From Syntrophomonadaceae bacterium (GTDB taxonomy: Bacteria > Bacillota > Dethiobacteria > DTU022), in NCBI GenBank assembly GCA_003550645.1, contig PUKV01000149.1, forward strand, positions 1-50,072: a DNA stretch of 50,072 nucleotides, given 5' to 3'. This document shows positions 45,879-50,072 of this stretch, piece after piece. The notes beneath the pieces are model-generated. The model ran no database searches, was not told the origin of the DNA, and was given only the letters and a program-made list of their open reading frames with translations. Every line of letters begins with the position of its first letter. Within the stretch, counting starts at the first letter, position 1. The translations under genes were made by a program, and so were the position numbers.

Positions 45879-47133
45879 CCTCACGCGGCTCCCCTTCCGA
45901 AGACTCATCTTCAGCTTCTGCCTCAGTATCTTCTGCAGGCTCCAGCTCTTCTGCTTCCGTGCCGGATGATTTTTGCTCATCTGCCCCGGCCGGTTCATCG
46001 TCCCAGTTCAGGGCCTTCAGCAAATCAGCATCATCCCCGCCAGTTTCTCCTTCCGCATCCGGCGTTTCATCGGCCAGGCCAATAGCGGAAAAACTTTTTT
46101 CTGCATACTGGGTTTCACTGGAAATATCAACTTTCCAGCCGGTTATCTTGGCCGCCAGGCGGGCATTTTGCCCTTCCTTGCCGATAGCCAGCGACAGCTG
46201 GTTGTCTGGAACAACCACCGTCGCTTCTTTATTCTCCGAGCTAATGATTACCGATGATACCTTGGCCGGGCTAAGCGAGTTGGCGATATATTCTTCTGAT
46301 TCCTCGCTCCACTTGATGATATCTATTTTCTCGCCCTTGAGCTCATTGCTGATCGCCTGGACCCGGCTTCCTTTTGGGCCCACGCAGGCACCAACCGGAT
46401 CGATGTCGCTGTTGGAAGAGTACACGGCCAGTTTAGACCGGTACCCTGCTTCCCGGGCGGCAGCCTTGATCTCCACTATGCCCTCGTAGATTTCTGGAAC
46501 TTCCATTTCAAACAACCTTTTTAAAAAACCGGTATGAGTACGGGATACTATGATCTGGGGGCCCTTTGTGGTTTTTTTGACCTCCATAATAAAAGTCTTT
46601 ACCCTCTCGCCCTGGCGATAACGTTCCTGGGGTATTTGTTCCTCCACGGGCAAAATCGCTTCCGTTCTGCCAAGATCAATGATCACATTTTTATGTTCGA
46701 ATCGGCGCACCAGGCCGGTGATCAGCTCTTCAGTCCGATCGGTAAAATTCTCGAAGATCAACTCTCTTTCCGCTTCCCTGATCCTCTGGATTACCACCTG
46801 CTTGGCGGTCTGAGCAGCAATTCTGCCAAACTCCTTGGGTGTGATTTCCATTTCGACCAGATCGCCAATCTGGCAGCGCGGCTCATAAACCCTGGCTTCA
46901 TACAGGCTCACTTCCTGGTCTTCGTTTTCCACATCTTCAACTACTTTAAGCTGCGAAAACACTTTAATATCTCCAGTTTCCCTGTCTATATTAACCCTAA
47001 CGGCAGGCGATGCCTGAAAATTTCTCTTATATGCTGAAACAAGCGCCACTTCCAGGGCTTCAAAAAGCACTTCTTTACTGATCCCTTTCTCTTTCTCCAG
47101 CGATGAAATCGCTGCAAACAAATCGTCATTCAT
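45871..47133 (-). CDS. nusA: Transcription termination/antitermination factor NusA with an acidic C-terminal tail
   Basis: ATG 47133 (MNDDLFAAISSLEKEKGI). NTD, S1, KH1 and KH2 (GACVGPKGSRVQ, AIGKEGQNARLA) are present. Confidence 0.95.
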   Translation of the reverse strand: MNDDLFAAISSLEKEKGISKEVLFEALEVALVSAYKRNFQASPAVRVNIDRETGDIKVFSQLKVVEDVENEDQEVSLYEARVYEPRCQIGDLVEMEITPKEFGRIAAQTAKQVVIQRIREAERELIFENFTDRTEELITGLVRRFEHKNVIIDLGRTEAILPVEEQIPQERYRQGERVKTFIMEVKKTTKGPQIIVSRTHTGFLKRLFEMEVPEIYEGIVEIKAAAREAGYRSKLAVYSSNSDIDPVGACVGPKGSRVQAISNELKGEKIDIIKWSEESEEYIANSLSPAKVSSVIISSENKEATVVVPDNQLSLAIGKEGQNARLAAKITGWKVDISSETQYAEKSFSAIGLADETPDAEGETGGDDADLLKALNWDDEPAGADEQKSSGTEAEELEPAEDTEAEAEDESSEGEPREDE

Positions 47134-47164
47134 TGTTAGCAAAACCTCCTTTCTTATTATTTTC

Positions 47165-47656
47165 CTATATACCTTTTAGCAAATCGTCTTTATCTTGCTT
47201 TGGATACCACAGGTTGGCCCTGGCAATCAATTTGAGGGGTATTTCCACTTCATTCCCATCTTCAAGGTCAACATATATTGAGTCTGCCCCGATGCCCGCC
47301 AGGGTTCCGCTGAAGTTCTTGCGTCCGCCAATATCTTCAGAGGTTTTTACTTTTACTTTTTCACCTTCAAACCGTTCAAAATGCTCTATTTTGGTCAGCG
47401 GACGTTCAATGCCGGGCGAGGAGACCTCTAAAGTATAAGCATGGGTAATTGGATCATGGTAATCAAGAAGATCCGAGACGGCATTGCTGATCAATTCACA
47501 GTGGTCGATAGTCACTCCGCCCTCCCGGTCAATATATAGATTAAGCTTGCCCTGTTTACCGGGCATGTAATCCAGCTTTACCAGTTCGAAACCCTTGCTT
47601 TCAACCAGCGGTTCAATCAACTCATTTAACCTTTCCTTTGTCTCTTCCCTGCTCAT
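47165..47656 (-). CDS. rimP: Ribosome maturation factor RimP
   Basis: ATG 47656 (MSREETKERLNELIEPLV...). LEVSSPGIERPL motif. First gene of the rimP-nusA-infB operon. Confidence 0.9.
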   Translation of the reverse strand: MSREETKERLNELIEPLVESKGFELVKLDYMPGKQGKLNLYIDREGGVTIDHCELISNAVSDLLDYHDPITHAYTLEVSSPGIERPLTKIEHFERFEGEKVKVKTSEDIGGRKNFSGTLAGIGADSIYVDLEDGNEVEIPLKLIARANLWYPKQDKDDLLKGI

Positions 47657-47858
47657 AAAAAAACGCCAAACCTCCACAGCTTTTTAAAGCCGCCGCCGGC
47701 CGGGCGGCAGTTCATTTAAGCCCTTATTAACATGAAAGAGTGGGAAACCCCACCCTTGACAAGAAAAACCCTATCATCCTCACTAATTTATCATAAATAT
47801 GATCGAAGCGCAACACTGCCGTGAACCGAAAAAACAGAGGTTCCCGGGTTTCTCGAGC

Positions 47859-48506
47859 CTATTTGGGATCGGTATCAATCCTGGCTACATATTTTAAAAT
47901 TTCCCAGTACATTTTTCCCCTGGCCAGGACTCCTTTCCAAAAGCCAAGCTTTTCTTCTTTCATAACATGAGAAAGATCCGGAAGCTGGACCACTTCCGCT
48001 TCAATCTCATTATCCTCTACATATTTATGCAGAGCTACTTCAATGCCAAAACGTGACAGGTCGAGGTCAGATATATTTTCCAGCAGATCCCTTTTCAAAG
48101 CTCTTTGTCCGGACAAAAACGGGGCCATTTTCTGGGCAATATCGGTAGCCATCCGGCCTTTTTCAAATATTCCCACCGCCATCATGGTGCTACCTTCTAA
48201 GACCGGTTTTAACAGGGCCTCAACATGCTCGGCGCTAAGGCCAATCAAATCAGCATCAAGAATCAAGACGATTTCAGATTCGCAGCGGTCAAGGCCTGCT
48301 TTTACGGCCCCTCCCTTGCCCCTGTTGTCAAGCAAGTCTATTACTTCTACATCCTGGTAATCGAGGGCAGACTCAACTGTTCTGTCTTCAGAGCCATCGC
48401 TGACCACGATAATCCGGTCAACAGCAGATGATTCCTGCAGGGCACAGATAACATCGCCAATTGTTTTTTCCTCGTTAAAAGCAGGTATTATTGCCGCTAC
48501 TTCCAT
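47859..48506 (-). CDS. GT2-family glycosyltransferase
   Basis: Trimmed to ATG 48506, one nt after the ispG stop, with RBS GGGGAGGAA. AAIIPAFNEEKTIG, VVSDGSEDRT and LDADL (DxD) motifs. Confidence 0.75.
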   Translation of the reverse strand: MEVAAIIPAFNEEKTIGDVICALQESSAVDRIIVVSDGSEDRTVESALDYQDVEVIDLLDNRGKGGAVKAGLDRCESEIVLILDADLIGLSAEHVEALLKPVLEGSTMMAVGIFEKGRMATDIAQKMAPFLSGQRALKRDLLENISDLDLSRFGIEVALHKYVEDNEIEAEVVQLPDLSHVMKEEKLGFWKGVLARGKMYWEILKYVARIDTDPK

Positions 48507-48507
48507 A

Positions 48508-49599
48508 TTAAAATTCCTCCCCTGTCCTGCCATGCCTGGCTGTCTCCCGGTCAAGTTCTTCTTTCAGGGCATCCAGTAAATAATCAAGATCCACGGTGCG
48601 TACAACCTTGCCATGGCTGAAAACTATACCGTGTTTTTTACCTGCAGAAATGCCCAGGTCGGCCTCTTTGGCTTCACCGGGACCGTTAACCACACAGCCC
48701 ATCACCGCCACCTTTAAGGGCAGGCGGTAATTTTCAAGCAAAGCCTCCGCTTCATTTACCAGGGCCACCAGGTCCACCGCACAACGGCCGCAGGTCGGAC
48801 AGGATATCAGTTCAGGGCTGTACCTGTTCAAGCCCAGAGACTGCAGGATTTGCTTTGCAGCGCGGACCTCTTCCACCGGATGAGCGGTAAGTGATACCCG
48901 GATCGTATCGCCAATACCATCCGCCAGCAGAGAACCAATTCCTATAGCCCCTTTGATCAAGCCGGTCCGCAGCGGGCCTGCACCGGTTACTCCAAGATGC
49001 AGCGGATATGGTTTTTGTTCAGAAATAAGCCGGTAAGCTTTTAGCGTTGTCAGGACGTTGGAAGCCTTAAGAGAAACCACGATCCTGGAAAAGCCGATTT
49101 GTTCCAGTACATCCAGGTAACCCAGGGCCGATTCAACCAGGGCGGCAGCGTTCGCACCTCCATGTTTATCCAGGAGCCTCTTTTCAAGTGAACCGGCATT
49201 AACTCCCACCCTAATCGGTACTTTCAGCTGCTCCGCCTTGCGGGCCAGTTCAATCAGTTTGTCCCGTCCCCCGATATTACCCGGGTTTATCCTGATCTTG
49301 GCGGCACCGTTTTCCATGGCTTCCAGGGCCAGGCGGGCATCGAAATGGATATCGGCAACCAGGGGTACCGGGCTTTTTCGGGCCAGGTACGAAAAAGCCT
49401 GTACCGCTTCGTCGTCCGGGACCGCCAGGCGGATCAGTTCGCATCCGGCTTCCGCCAGCTGCTTAATCTGATCCAGGGTGGCTTGAAGATCAGCAGTCTT
49501 TGTATTGGTCATCGACTGAATGACCACGGGCATATTCCCACCAATAGTCACCCCGCCAACCTGGACAGGGCTGGTTTCCCTGCGTGTAATATTTTCCAT
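48508..49599 (-). CDS. ispG: 4-hydroxy-3-methylbut-2-enyl diphosphate synthase
   Basis: 363 aa. VIQSMTNT, the CPTCGRC cluster motif and a C-terminal GCVVNGPGE. Confidence 0.95.
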   Translation of the reverse strand: MENITRRETSPVQVGGVTIGGNMPVVIQSMTNTKTADLQATLDQIKQLAEAGCELIRLAVPDDEAVQAFSYLARKSPVPLVADIHFDARLALEAMENGAAKIRINPGNIGGRDKLIELARKAEQLKVPIRVGVNAGSLEKRLLDKHGGANAAALVESALGYLDVLEQIGFSRIVVSLKASNVLTTLKAYRLISEQKPYPLHLGVTGAGPLRTGLIKGAIGIGSLLADGIGDTIRVSLTAHPVEEVRAAKQILQSLGLNRYSPELISCPTCGRCAVDLVALVNEAEALLENYRLPLKVAVMGCVVNGPGEAKEADLGISAGKKHGIVFSHGKVVRTVDLDYLLDALKEELDRETARHGRTGEEF

Positions 49600-49658
49600 G
49601 TATCTACACCACTTCGATTATCTTAATTCTCAGCCGGGCAGTTAAGTTTCCGGTTTAA

Positions 49659-50072
49659 TTAGTTGTTCGGCGCAAAAAACAGGCGCAGGACATCCTGGTA
49701 AGTGATGAACAGGATTAAGGTTATCAAAAAGGCAAATCCCAGGAAGTGGATAAAGCCCTCTTTTTCGGGCTCGATCGGTCGACCGCGCACCGCCTCGATG
49801 ATCAGGAATAGTATTCTTCCCCCATCCAGGGCCGGAATCGGCAGCAAATTAATGATGCCAAGATTGATGCTGATCAGGGCGGTTAACATCAGCAGGTTGA
49901 CAAACCCGGTCTGGGCCACCTCTCCAATGACGTGGACAATGCCCACCGGACCGGCTACATCTAAAGGAGCCTGCCCCGAGAGGGTATAGTAAAAGGCAGC
50001 CATGATCATGCCGTACTGCCGGAAACTCTGCTGGATTGATGGGAGCAAATTGTAGCGATCCAGGGCCTGGCC
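49659..50072 (-). CDS. rseP: RIP zinc metalloprotease RseP/RasP, C-terminal part; the 5' end lies outside the window
   Basis: The frame is open to the window edge. NLLPIPALDGGRILF motif and terminal TM helix. Confidence 0.85.
   Translation of the reverse strand, partial: GQALDRYNLLPSIQQSFRQYGMIMAAFYYTLSGQAPLDVAGPVGIVHVIGEVAQTGFVNLLMLTALISINLGIINLLPIPALDGGRILFLIIEAVRGRPIEPEKEGFIHFLGFAFLITLILFITYQDVLRLFFAPNN

Overview
The window reads as conserved chromosomal backbone of a Firmicutes/Clostridia-type, probably spore-forming anaerobe. Evidence for that placement is spoVS, RNase Y and RNase J, a T-box leader, and Bacillus/Clostridium-like gene order. Three syntenic housekeeping blocks are present. 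(1) + strand: miaB(partial)-mutS-mutL-miaA-hfq-hflX, facing lexA and a T-box-controlled leuA. (2) - strand: ftsK-rimO-cinA-thpR-recA-recX-rny-ymdB-spoVS. (3) - strand: rseP(partial)-ispG-GT2-rimP-nusA-ylxR-infB-rbfA-nrnA-truB-ribF-rpsO-pnp-dut-rnj, followed by a class V FBP aldolase/phosphatase and a lipid kinase. The only accessory-looking stretch is about 10.6-16.4 kb. It holds an atypical tyrosine recombinase, a lipoprotein/CapA-like/GT4 envelope cluster, tRNA-Gln and a small membrane ORF. I found no CRISPR array, transposon, prophage, toxin-antitoxin pair or recognisable defence island, and I cannot support a claim of a new multi-gene system. The observations most worth a second look are: (a) recA is interrupted by an in-frame TGA exactly at a conserved Gly, and the remaining 72 codons stay intact. 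(b) A catalytic-domain-only tyrosine recombinase is fused to a long low-complexity linker and a C-terminal CxxC-x9-CxxC zinc ribbon. (c) A structured, terminator-capped noncoding segment of about 240 nt lies between rnj and fbp. (d) rimO and hflX both have start-codon problems: rimO has no canonical start upstream of an essential Cys motif, and hflX has an out-of-frame ATG followed by an A-run. (e) A Na+-decarboxylase membrane module has no carboxyltransferase gene nearby and runs straight into gltX. Items a and d together could equally reflect base-level sequence errors, so read-level verification should come first.
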